64,000 nt of DNA from assembly GCA_964057225.1 (NCBI GenBank), contig OZ059896.1:17298001-17362000 (forward strand), written 5' to 3'. Below, piece after piece: positions 62,956 to 64,000 of this stretch (position 1 is the first letter of the stretch; every line of letters begins with the position of its first letter). The position numbers and the translations under genes are program-made. The notes below the pieces were generated by a model, which did not search any database, was not told the DNA's origin, and saw nothing but the letters and a program-made list of their open reading frames with translations. Source of the DNA: Auanema rhodensis (lineage: Eukaryota > Animalia > Nematoda).

Positions 62956-63563
62956 CAGGGTGGCGCTTAAGTATGTTCGCAAAAATTAAAGTACCAAGTT
63001 TTTATATTGTTGACTTTATATTCCAAAAATAAACAAAATAATATTGTTCAAAACATGCAAATAAATATTTATAATTTTCCTTGACAATATGAAGTTTTCG
63101 CCTCATAGACCTTCCATCGCCAGACTTCACGATCTGAACTATTGTGCTTGTGATATATCTAAGCAACTGAACCTCAACTAAAGGACAGTTGAGAAAATTA
63201 TCAAGAAATACGGAGAAAGAGAAAGTGTTGAACCTCTCATACAAATAGGAAGACCACGGACTATCAATGTTCCGAAGATGAGAAAAATTATTAAGATCCA
63301 AAGAAATAATGAGCACGCAATAAACTAAGTTTGAGCCTCAGTATTTCAAGAAGGAGTGTTCAGAGGATCGTCAAAGAAAACTTGAGCGGAGCTCTTCTGT
63401 GATGGTTTGGGCTGGTGTGACAATAGAAAAGAAGACACCTCTGGTTTTTCTCGATAGGAACATAAACATAAACTCAAAATTTATGAAGAGGAGCTGTTAT
63501 CGCAGTAGTAATTAATTGGATGCAGAAAAACTTCAGAGAAAACAACATGATTCTCCAACAGGA
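62956..63563 (+). mobile_element. Tc1/maT-like transposon 5' relic (plus strand), internally deleted
   Basis: Starts TA|CAGGGTG. Encodes DISKQLNL...GRPRTIN, KLSLSLSISRRSVQRIVKENL, SVMVWAGVT..KTPLVF and breaks off at ILQQ. Confidence 0.8.
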
Positions 63564-64000
63564 GTTCATGAATTCCTCTCTGAAAACAGAGATAGATACC
63601 GCTGTATCGATAAAAAATGCAATAAAGAACTTAGTTTAAAATCAGAACAATCTAAAGGAAAATACAATGTAGGTCGCATGAAAAAGCAGACATGGGTTTT
63701 TGGTGGCATTTGTCGCGAAACAAATGAATGCTTTATCTATGTTGTTCCTAATAGAACCAAGGAAACTCTGGAATTATGCATCAAAGCATCGATAAAAGAA
63801 GGGACTACTATCATTTCTGATTGTTGGAACAGCTACAATGGCATACCTCTGATGGATATGAACTACACCCATATGACCGTCAACCATTCCAAAAATTTTG
63901 TAAATCCTTCTACTGGTGTTTGCACCAACAAAGTAGAATCGATGTGGAACGTGGCCAAGATGAAATTCAAGAGAATGTAGAGAGTATACGAAGGAATGGG
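63564..64000 (+). mobile_element. Second Merlin/IS1595 transposase fragment (pseudogene), runs to the window edge
   Basis: YRCIDKKCNKELSLK, a deletion, then KYNVGR..QTWVFGGICRET...IISDCWNSY...TVNHSKNFVNPSTGVCTNKVESMW. The first catalytic Asp region (VEIDE-like) is missing, and there is an early TAG at 63978-63980. Confidence 0.85.

Overview
AT-rich eukaryotic DNA from a rhabditid nematode, judged by the 41-60 nt introns, TTTCAG-type acceptors and C. elegans-like proteins. The species cannot be determined from the sequence. I assembled the gene models by hand across introns. The first 33.6 kb is gene-dense: two orphan genes, a CNDP2 dipeptidase, glycine C-acetyltransferase (GCAT/kbl), a 4.9-kb A-B-A-B tandem array of small secreted acidic 'CGGG' peptide genes, a bestrophin flanked by a perfect 121-bp direct repeat, a fifth diverged peptide gene, a Cys-type Sep15/SELENOF, S1P lyase (spl-1) head-to-head with paqr-2, then szy-2, dhs-9 and lem-2. 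The most striking structure is lem-2. It continues past the point where C. elegans LEM-2 ends into a complete MAN1-type RRM/UHM domain. Intron 33038-33239 holds an in-frame stop and an AATAAA, which could give a short LEM2-like isoform. The last coding exon (42385-42458) lies beyond an 8.8-kb intron, only 244 nt upstream of the ATG of a FMRFamide-receptor-like GPCR (42703-56911), with no AATAAA or ATG in between. This suggests a coupled or bicistronic MAN1-GPCR transcription unit. The last 4.5 kb is a cluster of dead Merlin/IS1595, mariner and maT/Tc1 transposon fragments.
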